This document shows positions 10,299 to 19,576 of a stretch of DNA of 64,000 nt, piece after piece. The DNA comes from Alphaproteobacteria bacterium (GTDB taxonomy: Bacteria; Pseudomonadota; Alphaproteobacteria; GCA-2746255). The DNA lies in contig OZ252220.1 of the NCBI GenBank assembly GCA_965249135.1, forward strand, positions 1,664,001-1,728,000, in the 5' to 3' direction. A model generated the notes under the pieces. That model was given only the letters and a program-made list of their open reading frames with translations. It made no database searches and was not told where the DNA came from. Numbering within the stretch: position 1 is the stretch's first letter; every line of letters starts with the position of its first letter. A program made the translations under genes and the position numbers.

Positions 10299-11153
10299 AT
10301 GACTGGTATTGCGTTTCAAAAGATGCAAGGCGCAGGGAACGACTTCGTCGTCCTCGACGCACGTGCCGGCGGGTTTTCCGCGAAGGCATTCACGACGGCG
10401 AGCGCGAAGGCGATCGCGGAGCGTCGCACCGGGGTCGGCTGCGATCAGGTCGTTCTCATCGAATCGCCCTGCGGCGAAGGCACCGCCGCCATGCGGATCC
10501 GTAACGCCGATGGCGGGGAGGTGACCGCCTGCGGTAACGCGGCGCGTTGTGTGGCCCTGCTTTTGATGACGGAGCGGGGGGAAGACCACGTGAGCCTCGA
10601 GACGGCGGCCGGCCTTGTCGAGGCGGTCCGCGAGGCCAGGGATCGGATCCGTATCGACATGGGGATCGCGAAGACGGACTGGCAGGCAATTCCCTTGAAG
10701 GAAGCCGCCGATACGCTGCATCTCGATCTTCGCGACGGCGAGCTTGGAGACGCCGTCGCCGTCAGCATGGGCAATCCGCATGCCGTCTTCTTCGTTGAGG
10801 ACGTGGAAAAGGTGCCCCTTGCCGAGGCCGGGCCGCGGCTCGAACACGCCCCCCTTTTTCCGGAGCGGGCGAACATCGGGATCGCCCAAGTGCTTTCCGA
10901 AGATCGCCTGCGGCTGCGCGTCTGGGAACGTGGCGCCGGATTGACCCGGGCCTGCGGCAGCGGGGCGTGCGCGGCCGTCGTCGCCGCCAATCGCCGGGGG
11001 CTTTTGCGCCCCGAGGCGGAAGTCGTCCAGGACGGTGGCAGCCTCACCGTGCGGATCCGCGAGGATGGCCATGTCCTGCTCAGCGGTCCGGCTGCCTGGA
11101 GCTTCACCGGCGAGCTTCCTTCCGAACTCATCGATCAGGAGCAGGCGGCATGA
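10299..11153 (+). CDS. dapF: Diaminopimelate epimerase
   Basis: KMQGAGNDF, NADGGEVTACGNAARC, SMGNPHAV, WERGAGLTRACGSG. Confidence 0.97.
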   Translation: MTGIAFQKMQGAGNDFVVLDARAGGFSAKAFTTASAKAIAERRTGVGCDQVVLIESPCGEGTAAMRIRNADGGEVTACGNAARCVALLLMTERGEDHVSLETAAGLVEAVREARDRIRIDMGIAKTDWQAIPLKEAADTLHLDLRDGELGDAVAVSMGNPHAVFFVEDVEKVPLAEAGPRLEHAPLFPERANIGIAQVLSEDRLRLRVWERGAGLTRACGSGACAAVVAANRRGLLRPEAEVVQDGGSLTVRIREDGHVLLSGPAAWSFTGELPSELIDQEQAA

Positions 11154-12397
11154 GGGAGCCGGACGTCCTTACCTTCGGTTGCCGGCTCAACGCCTATGAG
11201 TCGGAAGTGATCAAGGCCCATTCCCGCGCCGCTGGGGAAAAAGACACGGTCTATGTGAACACCTGTGCCGTGACGGCGGAAGCCGAACGCCAGGCGCGAC
11301 AGGCGATCCGGCGGCTTCGCCGCGAACGCCCCGGGGTGCGCATCGTCGTTACGGGCTGTGCCGCTCAGATCTCACCCGAGACTTACGCGAAGATGCCGGA
11401 AGTTAATCACGTGCTCGGCAATGCCGAGAAACTCGATCCGGAAAATTACGGCGACGACGACCGCCCACGCATCGCCGTCAACGATATCTTCTCCGTCAAC
11501 GAGACGGCGGGTCATCTGGTTCAGGGATTCGAGGGCAGGGCGCGCGCCTTTCTTCAGGTGCAGAACGGTTGCGATCACCGTTGCACCTTCTGCGTCATTC
11601 CCTTCGGTCGGGGACGCAGCCGAAGCGTGCCGTTTGGCGTCATCGTCGAGGCGGCGCGCACCCTCGTTGCCAATGGCTACAAGGAGATCGTGCTGACCGG
11701 CGTCGACATCACGTCCTATGGCACGGACCTTCCGGGAAGACCCACGCTCGGCTCCATGCTGCGCCGGCTGTTTGAGCTGGTGCCAGATCTGCCACGGCTT
11801 CGGCTTTCCTCGATCGACCCGGCGGAAGTCGATGGGGCATTGCTGGAGCTGCTCGCAGATGAACCAAGGCTCATGCCGCACCTCCATTTGAGTCTGCAAT
11901 CCGGGAACGATGTCATTCTAAAGCGCATGAAGCGACGCCATACGCGAGAAGCGGCGATCGCGTTTTGCGAGCGCGCGCGGAATTTGCGCCGGGACATCGT
12001 CTTCGGCGCCGACCTGATTGCCGGTTTCCCGACGGAAACGGATGCCATGTTCGAAGAAACGTTTGAGCTCATCGAGGCCTGCGATCTCACCTATTTGCAT
12101 GTCTTTCCATACTCCGCGCGCCCGGGAACGCCGGCCGCCCGGATGCCGCAGGTGCCAGCAGGTACCGCCAAGGCCCGCGCCGCCCGCTTGCGTGCGGCAG
12201 GCGAGGCTGCCGAAAGGCAATTTCACGTCACCTGCATCGGAAGGCAGGCGCGGCTTTTGATCGAAAAGCCACGCCTGGGGCGGAGCGAGCATTACGCGCC
12301 CGTCCGGCTCGACGCGGACGCACTTCCCGGGACGGTCGTTCCGGCAAGCATCGAAGGCTTTGGTGCGGACGCCTTGTTCGGGCGCATCACCGGATAG
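11150..12397 (+). CDS. mtaB: tRNA t6A37 methylthiotransferase
   Basis: TFGCRLNAYES, NTCAVT, QNGCDHRCTFC; ATGA overlap with dapF. Confidence 0.95.
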   Translation: MREPDVLTFGCRLNAYESEVIKAHSRAAGEKDTVYVNTCAVTAEAERQARQAIRRLRRERPGVRIVVTGCAAQISPETYAKMPEVNHVLGNAEKLDPENYGDDDRPRIAVNDIFSVNETAGHLVQGFEGRARAFLQVQNGCDHRCTFCVIPFGRGRSRSVPFGVIVEAARTLVANGYKEIVLTGVDITSYGTDLPGRPTLGSMLRRLFELVPDLPRLRLSSIDPAEVDGALLELLADEPRLMPHLHLSLQSGNDVILKRMKRRHTREAAIAFCERARNLRRDIVFGADLIAGFPTETDAMFEETFELIEACDLTYLHVFPYSARPGTPAARMPQVPAGTAKARAARLRAAGEAAERQFHVTCIGRQARLLIEKPRLGRSEHYAPVRLDADALPGTVVPASIEGFGADALFGRITG

Positions 12398-12406
12398 CGA
12401 AGCGGC

Positions 12407-13336
12407 ATGCCGGAAAAGACGAGTTGGCTTCGGCGTCTTCGAGCGGGGCTGGAAAAATCCTCTGCAAAACTTACGGACGGTATCGGCGGCATCTTTACGG
12501 GCCAGCCATTGGACGAGGCCATGCTCGAAGAACTGGAAGAGATTCTCATCCGTGCCGATCTCGGGGTGGCCACCGCCGCAGAGCTCATCGCGAACTTAAA
12601 ACATGAACATTTTGGCAAGGACATAAGCGCGAGGGAAGTTCGGGCAACGCTGGCGGGCGTGATTCAACGCATTCTCGATCCCGTCGCGAAACCGTTTCGG
12701 ATCGATCCGGAAAAGAAACCCTTCGTCGTGCTTGTCGTCGGCGTGAACGGAAGCGGCAAGACGACGACGATCGGCAAACTCGCCAAGCAGTTCCATGACG
12801 AGGGCCGGGAGGTCCTGCTTGCGGCGGCGGATACGTTCCGTGCCGCCGCCGTCGCCCAGCTTGAGCTCTGGGGGGAGCGCGCCGGGGCCCCCGTCCTTGC
12901 CAGGGAGGAAGGGTCGGATGCGGCGGGGTTGGCTTACGATGCTCTCGAGCGGGCGAAGCAGGAGAAACGTGACGTGCTGTTGATCGATACGGCGGGCAGG
13001 CTCCAGAACAAGACCGCCCTCATGGAAGAACTTCAGAAGATTGCCCGCGTGCTGAAGAAGGTCGATCCGACGGCGCCCCATGCCACCCTCCTCGTTCTCG
13101 ACGCGAATGTGGGTCAGAACGCACATTCGCAGGTCAAGATCTTTCGCGACATGGTGGCGGTGGACGGATTGATGGTGACGAAGCTCGACGGCACGGCGCG
13201 GGGCGGGGTCGTCGTCGCCCTGGCCGAGCGTTTCGGCTTGCCGGTCCATGCGGTAGGGGTCGGTGAAGCGGTCGAAGACCTCCGTCCCTTCGATCCTTAT
13301 GCCTTCGCCTGTGATCTTCTGGGCATCAAAGGCTAG
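12407..13336 (+). CDS. ftsY: SRP docking protein
   Basis: GVNGSGKTTT, DTFRAAA, DTAGRLQNK, TKLDGTARGG. Confidence 0.98.
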   Translation: MPEKTSWLRRLRAGLEKSSAKLTDGIGGIFTGQPLDEAMLEELEEILIRADLGVATAAELIANLKHEHFGKDISAREVRATLAGVIQRILDPVAKPFRIDPEKKPFVVLVVGVNGSGKTTTIGKLAKQFHDEGREVLLAAADTFRAAAVAQLELWGERAGAPVLAREEGSDAAGLAYDALERAKQEKRDVLLIDTAGRLQNKTALMEELQKIARVLKKVDPTAPHATLLVLDANVGQNAHSQVKIFRDMVAVDGLMVTKLDGTARGGVVVALAERFGLPVHAVGVGEAVEDLRPFDPYAFACDLLGIKG

Positions 13337-13344
13337 GCGCGCAA

Positions 13345-13599
13345 TCAGATAACGATGTCGAGGAGGCTGCCGCGAGGCAGATCGCTTGCGAGGGCTTCCT
13401 GGGGGCTCTTCGGAACGACGATGGCTCGAGGTGGTGACGCGGTGTTCGGGCCGGGGGCCTTGCCGCGTGCCTCGGCGGCCTTGCGAGCGGCCAGCACCTG
13501 CTTTGCCGCATGAACGGCGGGCGGCGGGCCTTGCGTTTTCGGGGCCGTCGGCTGGGGGGAAAGAGCCTGAAGGTGCGCCGGGATCGGCGTGACTTTCAT
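13345..13599 (-). CDS. Small Pro/Ala-rich hypothetical protein (84 aa)
   Basis: Fills the gap between ftsY and the next gene; ends in PRGSLLDIVI. Confidence 0.55.
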   Translation of the reverse strand: MKVTPIPAHLQALSPQPTAPKTQGPPPAVHAAKQVLAARKAAEARGKAPGPNTASPPRAIVVPKSPQEALASDLPRGSLLDIVI

Positions 13600-13669
13600 C
13601 GGTGGATCGCCTTGGAGGGGGCTTGCTTTGGAAGGCTCGCATCTTAAGGAGCGGCCCCTTTCGAAAAGG

Positions 13670-14968
13670 TTAAGGGGCCGCCGCCCCTTCATAGGACACC
13701 CGCCAGACCCGGTTTCCGACGTCGTCGGCGATGAGCAGGCTGCCATCCGGCAGCAGGGCGAGGCCGGAAGGCCGCCCCCAGACGCGGGCCCGTTCCCGTT
13801 CGCCTGGCCGCTCGTCGACCCGAAAGCCGGTCACGAAGGGTTCGTACCAGCCTTTCGGCCGCCCTCCCTCGAAGGGGACGCGGACGACCATGTAGCCCTG
13901 GGGTACGCCAGCATTCCAGGAGCCATGGAGCGCCACGAAGGCGTCCCCGCGATGGGTCTTTGGAAACCGCGTCCCATCGTAGAAGACGAGACCGAGCGGT
14001 GCCGAATGGGAGCGGAAGAGAAGATCCGGGACCTTCGTCTTCGCCACGCGCTCGGGCCGCAGCTCGGCGAAGCGGGGCTGCGGGTTCGGCCCCAGATAGG
14101 CGTAAGGCCAGCCGTAGAATTCGCCTGCGCGCACGCGGGTCAAATAGTCCGGCACCAGTTCATCGCCCAATCCGTCGCGTTCGTTCACCACCGTATAAAG
14201 GTCCTCCGTTCCCGGATAGAAGGCGATGCCGACCGGGTTTCGAAGGCCGGCGGCGAAGGTCCTGCCACGGCCACCCGTGATCGGAAATTCGCGGATCGTC
14301 GCCTGTGGCTCCGGCTCCTCCCCCAGATTGCCACGCGAGCCGATGGCGACGAAGAGGCGCGTGCCGTCCGGATGGAGCGCAAGATTGCGCGTCCAATGGC
14401 CGCTGCCCTTGCCCAATTCGCCGGAAGGCGTGAGCGGGGCGGCCTCGCCTTTCGTCGCCCCCGGTCGATGGGAGACGCGCCAGATCCGCTCGGTGTCGGT
14501 GACGTAGAGGGTCCCTTCCCGGAAGGCGAGGCCGTGGGGACTGTGCAACCCTTCGAGGTAGGCGCTGCGGAATTCGGCGCGGCCGTCGCCGTCCGCATCC
14601 CGCAGCAGGGTGACCTGGCCGGCGTTCGGCTCCGCCAGGAAGACATCGCCATCCGGCGTGACGCAAAGCCAGCGGGCATGGGATAGCCCGTCGGCGAAGA
14701 GGCCGGCGGTGAACCCCGTCGGTACCTTTAGGCCCGCCCCTTGCGGTTGCGGAATCCGTTGTGGGCCATTGCTGTGGCTTGGGCCCGCATAGGGCGGCGG
14801 AAGACTTTCGCGATCGACCTGGATTCGCTCCCCGATTTCCGCCGTCCGGCCGGTGGCAAGGGCCCAGCCGCCCAGCAGTGCCGCAAGCAGCAAGACCAGG
14901 CCGAAGCGGGCCTTCCCGAGATCTCCCTGATCCGCCGCCGGGTCCTCGCGTAAGGGAAAATTAACCAT
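13670..14968 (-). CDS. PQQ-dependent sugar/sorbosone dehydrogenase family protein, exported
   Basis: Hydrophobic N-terminus; GHWTR, GLRNPVG, VNERDGLGDELVPDY, FYGWPY, HSAPLG, HGSWN, GRPSG. Confidence 0.9.
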   Translation of the reverse strand: MVNFPLREDPAADQGDLGKARFGLVLLLAALLGGWALATGRTAEIGERIQVDRESLPPPYAGPSHSNGPQRIPQPQGAGLKVPTGFTAGLFADGLSHARWLCVTPDGDVFLAEPNAGQVTLLRDADGDGRAEFRSAYLEGLHSPHGLAFREGTLYVTDTERIWRVSHRPGATKGEAAPLTPSGELGKGSGHWTRNLALHPDGTRLFVAIGSRGNLGEEPEPQATIREFPITGGRGRTFAAGLRNPVGIAFYPGTEDLYTVVNERDGLGDELVPDYLTRVRAGEFYGWPYAYLGPNPQPRFAELRPERVAKTKVPDLLFRSHSAPLGLVFYDGTRFPKTHRGDAFVALHGSWNAGVPQGYMVVRVPFEGGRPKGWYEPFVTGFRVDERPGERERARVWGRPSGLALLPDGSLLIADDVGNRVWRVSYEGAAAP

Positions 14969-15032
14969 GTTTTTTCAAGCGCTCCTGCCCGCTACCGCCA
15001 TGGTTGCAAAGGCGCGGTAAGGAATACGTAAC
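14950..15032 (+). promoter_or_regulatory. Two CtrA-like boxes upstream of the DUF2336-kinase pair
   Basis: GTAA-GGGAAAA-TTAAC (14950-14965) and GTAA-GGAATAC-GTAAC (15017-15032) against the consensus TTAA-N7-TTAAC. Confidence 0.5.
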
Positions 15033-15151
15033 CATCCTGCGGGTACGATTTTGCCAGGGCTGCGCACAGGTTTAGCCGAAGAAGGGGGACAAGCGCACTC
15101 GGAAAAGGGCCGGCTCATGCGGATGTCGGCCTTCGTCCGTGTGAGGATGGG

Positions 15152-16297
15152 ATGCGGAAGATGGAAGACAAAGAGATTGAGCGGCTACTCGGTCTAGCGC
15201 GTGACAAGTCCGATGCCGGAAGAGAGCGCCTGATCAACACGGTGAGCGATCTATTCACGGAGGATGAGCAAACGCTCACCGAGCGTGAGCGTGCGTTGAT
15301 GACGGACATCCTGAATCAGCTGATTCGGGAAGTGGAGATGACCGTTCGCCGGCATCTTTCCGAACGGGTGCCTGTCTTGCCGCACGCCCCCCGCGAGCTG
15401 ATCCTGACCCTTGCCAATGATGCGATCGACGTCGCCCGCCCGATCCTTTTGAAGAGCGAAATCCTTCACGATGTTGACCTCATCGAGGTCATTCATCAGC
15501 GCACCATGGAGCATCAACTTGCCATCGCCGTGCGAAAGGACATCGGTGAGTCTATCGCGGATGCGCTTGTCGAGACCGGCAGCGTCGATGTCATCAAAAC
15601 GCTTCTTGAAAATATGGACTCGAAGATCTCGAAGGGTACAAAGGAATACCTTGTCGAGGAATCGCAAAAAGTGGATGCCTATCGCGAGCCGCTCATACGG
15701 CGACCCGATTTAGGCTCGGAGCTTGCCGAGAAAATGTACTGGTGGGTTTCGGCCGCCTTAAGGCAAGAGATCGCCGCCAACTTCGATATCGACGTGACCA
15801 CCCTTGACGATCAAATCGAATCGTCCGTGCAGGATATTCTTGAATCGGAAGGAGAGACGGTCCCCAAGGCGAAGAAGAAACCGGATTCAGCGGAGCGCCT
15901 CGCCAAAGACATCGACGTCACGCCTGAACTTCTGGTTCGCGTTTTGCGGCAAGGAGAAATTACCCTTTTCGCGGCGCTCTTCGCAAAATACACGGAGCTT
16001 TCCGGCAAGCTCGTGCGACGGCTTTTGTTCGAGCCGGGGGGCGAAGGCATGGCCATTGCCTGCAAGGCGAAAGACCTTCCAAAACAAACCTTTGCATCTA
16101 TTTTTCTGCTTAGCCGCAAGGTCCAGCCCGGCGAGAACGTGGTCGATCCGGGCGAGCTTTCGAGGATTCTTGCGTTTTACGAGCGGATCGATCCGGAGGC
16201 GGCTCAAAAGGTCACGAAACAATGGCAGCGCGATCCTGAATACCTTTATGCTATAAGGCGGCTCGATTCGGCCAAGGACGACTCCGAAGAAGAGTAG
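15152..16297 (+). CDS. DUF2336-domain protein
   Basis: VRRHLSER, LANDAIDVARPILLKSEIL.D.DLI, HQLAIAVR. Confidence 0.85.
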   Translation: MRKMEDKEIERLLGLARDKSDAGRERLINTVSDLFTEDEQTLTERERALMTDILNQLIREVEMTVRRHLSERVPVLPHAPRELILTLANDAIDVARPILLKSEILHDVDLIEVIHQRTMEHQLAIAVRKDIGESIADALVETGSVDVIKTLLENMDSKISKGTKEYLVEESQKVDAYREPLIRRPDLGSELAEKMYWWVSAALRQEIAANFDIDVTTLDDQIESSVQDILESEGETVPKAKKKPDSAERLAKDIDVTPELLVRVLRQGEITLFAALFAKYTELSGKLVRRLLFEPGGEGMAIACKAKDLPKQTFASIFLLSRKVQPGENVVDPGELSRILAFYERIDPEAAQKVTKQWQRDPEYLYAIRRLDSAKDDSEEE

Positions 16298-16332
16298 TGG
16301 CGTAATCATCTGCCGCCGTTTCAAAGGGAAGG

Positions 16333-18309
16333 GTGATAAGGGAACATTCGGGGATCTTGCGAAGCAAAGGGGCAAAACCCTCACACCTTAGATCCATCGA
16401 TTCGATTCCCGAGGAGAAAATCTCCCCGGAAAGTCTCGATGCGCTTCAGTCACAGGCGGGAATCTCCTTTCTGGATTCGATCCACCCCGTCTATATGGCG
16501 GACCTCGATGGCAACCTGCTTTATACGAATGAGGCCTTCGAGAATCTGAACCGTGCCGCGGACGGTACGACGACGAACATGTTTCCGTTCTCGCTTCGAG
16601 AAATCATGGATACAATCGGCCAGAGCGGGCAGACCGTGCATCACACCTTCTCGCTTAGGCGCGGTGTTCAGAACGAGCAATTTCATTCGCGTCATTTTCC
16701 GGTTCACGATGCCGAGGGAAAGCTTTCCGCCATCGCGGGCGTCGTGCAAAGCGTCGGCTACAGCGCCGGTCTTCGGAACCAACTGACGAAGGAGCGCAAG
16801 CGCTTCGAGGATCTTGCCAGGCTCGTCTCGGATTGGCCCTGGGAGACGGACGAAGATTTCAACTTCATCTATGCTTCTTCCCGCGTCTTCGATCTTATTG
16901 GCGTGTTGTCGCGCGAACTTGAAGGCCAAAACCTCTTCGCATTCGGCCATTTCAAATCGATTGGTGAAGACATCGATCGGCCGAGTCCCAGCATGCGCTC
17001 GCCCTTCCGGGAAGAGCTTTACGAGGTTGACCTTCCGGAAGGGGGAAAACGGACGTTCCGCTTGAGTGGCCTGCCCATTTTCGACGACGAGACGGGTAAG
17101 TTCCGCGGTTATCGTGGAACCGCCGAGGATGTCACGAACGAGACGCTTGCCTGGTCCAGGGCGGTCGAGTCGCGCATTCAGCTCGTTGAAGCCGTCGAAA
17201 GCATCCAGGATGCATTCGCCATTTTCGATACGGCGGAAAGTCTTGTTCTTTGCAACACGCGTTTTCGCGAGGATTTCCTTGAAGGAACGCCGCTTTCCGA
17301 TTCGCATGCAACGCTTGAGGATATCTTACGCATAAACATCGAAGCAGGACGCATGGTCGTTCCCGACAGGGATCCAGCTTGGCTTGAAGATCAACTGAAC
17401 CGTCTTCGCGAGGAAGCGGGCTTCGTTGAATTGGAATTGCAAGGCGGGCGATGGATGAAATTCACACTCCAGGGTATTACGAACGCTGGATCGCTTTGTT
17501 TTCTTTCCGACATAACGGACCTCAAGGAGCGCGAAGCGGTGTTGCGGGCAGCGAAGGAAGCAGCCGAGGCGGCCAACCAGACGAAATCCGATTTTCTAGC
17601 GAATATGAGTCACGAATTTCGCACGCCATTGAATGCCGTGATCGGTTTTTCCGAGGTGATGCACCGTGAATTGATGGGACCTCTCGGGAACGATGGCTAC
17701 CGTAACTATACGAAGGATATTCTTGAAAGTGCGCGGCATCTTCTCAGTATCATCAACAACATTCTTGATGTGTCGAAGGCCGAAGCCGGCGGGCTCGACG
17801 TCGAGGATCATCTCATTGACGTTCAACGGGTAACGGAGACGGTCCTTCGGCTTGTTCGCCAGAAGGCAAAGCAAAGCGGCGTCAAGCTGCTGTGCAAAAT
17901 TGCTCCGGGTCTTCCTCGATTCCGTGCCGACAGTATCAAGATGAAGCAGATCCTGCTGAACCTGCTTTCGAATGCAATCAAGTTCACGCCGGAAGATGGC
18001 CGGATCGAAGTCGAAGTTTTGCGAAACTCTGACGGCGGGTTGCTAATCACCGTCAGGGACAATGGTATCGGGATCGCGCCGGAGAATATCCCGAAGGCGC
18101 TTGCTCCCTTTGGCCAGGTCGATAGCTCGCTCAGCCGGCGCTATCCGGGGACCGGCCTTGGGCTGCCCTTGACGAAGAAGCTCGTCGAGCTTCATGGTGG
18201 AAAGCTTACGCTTTCCAGTAAACCGAACAAGGGAACGGAAGTACGCTTATGGTTTCCGGCCGGGCGCTTCGAATCACCGGACCTGCCGCCGCCGGCGAAC
18301 GCGCTTTAA
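16333..18309 (+). CDS. Cytoplasmic multi-PAS sensor histidine kinase, PleC/DivJ-like
   Basis: H-box KSDFLANMSHEFRTPLNAVIGFSE, NLLSNAIKFT, DNGIG, GTGLGL; PAS motif SDWPWETD; no transmembrane segment seen. Confidence 0.92.
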   Translation: MIREHSGILRSKGAKPSHLRSIDSIPEEKISPESLDALQSQAGISFLDSIHPVYMADLDGNLLYTNEAFENLNRAADGTTTNMFPFSLREIMDTIGQSGQTVHHTFSLRRGVQNEQFHSRHFPVHDAEGKLSAIAGVVQSVGYSAGLRNQLTKERKRFEDLARLVSDWPWETDEDFNFIYASSRVFDLIGVLSRELEGQNLFAFGHFKSIGEDIDRPSPSMRSPFREELYEVDLPEGGKRTFRLSGLPIFDDETGKFRGYRGTAEDVTNETLAWSRAVESRIQLVEAVESIQDAFAIFDTAESLVLCNTRFREDFLEGTPLSDSHATLEDILRINIEAGRMVVPDRDPAWLEDQLNRLREEAGFVELELQGGRWMKFTLQGITNAGSLCFLSDITDLKEREAVLRAAKEAAEAANQTKSDFLANMSHEFRTPLNAVIGFSEVMHRELMGPLGNDGYRNYTKDILESARHLLSIINNILDVSKAEAGGLDVEDHLIDVQRVTETVLRLVRQKAKQSGVKLLCKIAPGLPRFRADSIKMKQILLNLLSNAIKFTPEDGRIEVEVLRNSDGGLLITVRDNGIGIAPENIPKALAPFGQVDSSLSRRYPGTGLGLPLTKKLVELHGGKLTLSSKPNKGTEVRLWFPAGRFESPDLPPPANAL

Positions 18310-19535
18310 CCTTTCGCACTTCCCGGACTTAATGCGGGGTGAAGGGCGGCAACGCCCGGAAGCTCCTTGCCGCCGAGCCAATCCAAGAAGGCGCCACCCG
18401 CCGTCGAAACGTAGGAAAAATTTACATCGAGGTTGGCCCGATGCAATGCCGCGATCGTATCGCCGCCGCCACCGATCGAAAGCAGCTTTCCTTCATGGGT
18501 AAGCCGTGCCGCCACCCTTGCCACGGCCATCGTCGCCGTATCAAAGGGCGTGGTTTCGAAGGCCCCTAACGGCCCATTCCAAACCAGCGTCTTGGACGCA
18601 CGCAGATTTTCCAAAAGCAGCGCCACCGTCTTCGGCCCCACGTCAAGAATCATTCGATCCTTCGGAACGGCCGAGACCGGAACCGTTTCGGCAGAAATGT
18701 TTTCACGAAGCTCGGCGGCAACGACAACGTCTTCCGGAAGAAGAATCCTGCATTTCGCTTTCTCCGCCTCGGCGAGGGTCGCTTCTGCTTTCTCGACCAT
18801 GATCGTTTCGACAAGCGACATGCCGACCGCGAATCCCTTGGCCAGCAGGAATGTGTTTGCCATTGCTCCCACGATTGCGAGCGAATCCATTTTTCTCATC
18901 AGGTGATTTAGGATGTCGAGCTTCGTGGAAATTTTTGCACCGCCGACGATGGCAAAAACCGGTCGCGCCGGGTTTTCAAGCATCTGCTTTAGCGTTGCAA
19001 GCTCATGCTTGAGAACGGGTCCTGCGGCGGAAGGCAGTTTTTTCGCGAGCCGTTCGACGGAGGCGTGCGCGCGATGGGAGCAGGAAAAGGCATCGTTTAC
19101 ATAAAGATCACCAAGATCCGCGAGTGCAGATGCGAAGGCTTCGTCATTCGTCTCTTCGCCTGCATGGAAGCGGAGGTTTTCAAGAAGTGCGACCTCCCCA
19201 TCTTCAAGCTTTGCGACGACATTTGCCGCCCCACTTCCCACGCAGTCCTCGCCAAAGGCGATCCGTTGATTGAGCGCTTCTTCGAGAGGCGCGACGACGG
19301 CACGGAGCGAAAGCTCCGGCACGACCCTTCCCTTCGGCCGGCCAAGATGGGAAAGCAGGATCACTTTGGCGCCCCGCTTCGAAAGCGCACGCACCGTCGG
19401 CAGAACGCGTTCGATCCTGAGCGTGTCGACGACCACGCCGTCTTGCATCGGCACGTTGAGATCGACGCGAAGCAGCACGCGCTTCCCCCTCATGTCGAAA
19501 TCGTCGATCGTATGAAAGGCCGCGTTGCTTTCCAT
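18306..19535 (-). CDS. pgk: Phosphoglycerate kinase
   Basis: RVDLNVP, SHLGRPKG, LLENLRF, NDAFSCSHRAHAS, GGGDT, STAGGAFL. Confidence 0.97.
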   Translation of the reverse strand: MESNAAFHTIDDFDMRGKRVLLRVDLNVPMQDGVVVDTLRIERVLPTVRALSKRGAKVILLSHLGRPKGRVVPELSLRAVVAPLEEALNQRIAFGEDCVGSGAANVVAKLEDGEVALLENLRFHAGEETNDEAFASALADLGDLYVNDAFSCSHRAHASVERLAKKLPSAAGPVLKHELATLKQMLENPARPVFAIVGGAKISTKLDILNHLMRKMDSLAIVGAMANTFLLAKGFAVGMSLVETIMVEKAEATLAEAEKAKCRILLPEDVVVAAELRENISAETVPVSAVPKDRMILDVGPKTVALLLENLRASKTLVWNGPLGAFETTPFDTATMAVARVAARLTHEGKLLSIGGGGDTIAALHRANLDVNFSYVSTAGGAFLDWLGGKELPGVAALHPALSPGSAKG

Positions 19536-19576
19536 TAATTTATAGATTTCAAAGGGTTGGTCTTTTGCCGATCGGA

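Noticed and set aside
13651-13681. Inverted repeat GCGGCCCCTT...AAGGGGCCGC as a mobile or REP element
   Set aside because: Single copy overlapping a stop codon; more simply a 3' end stem.
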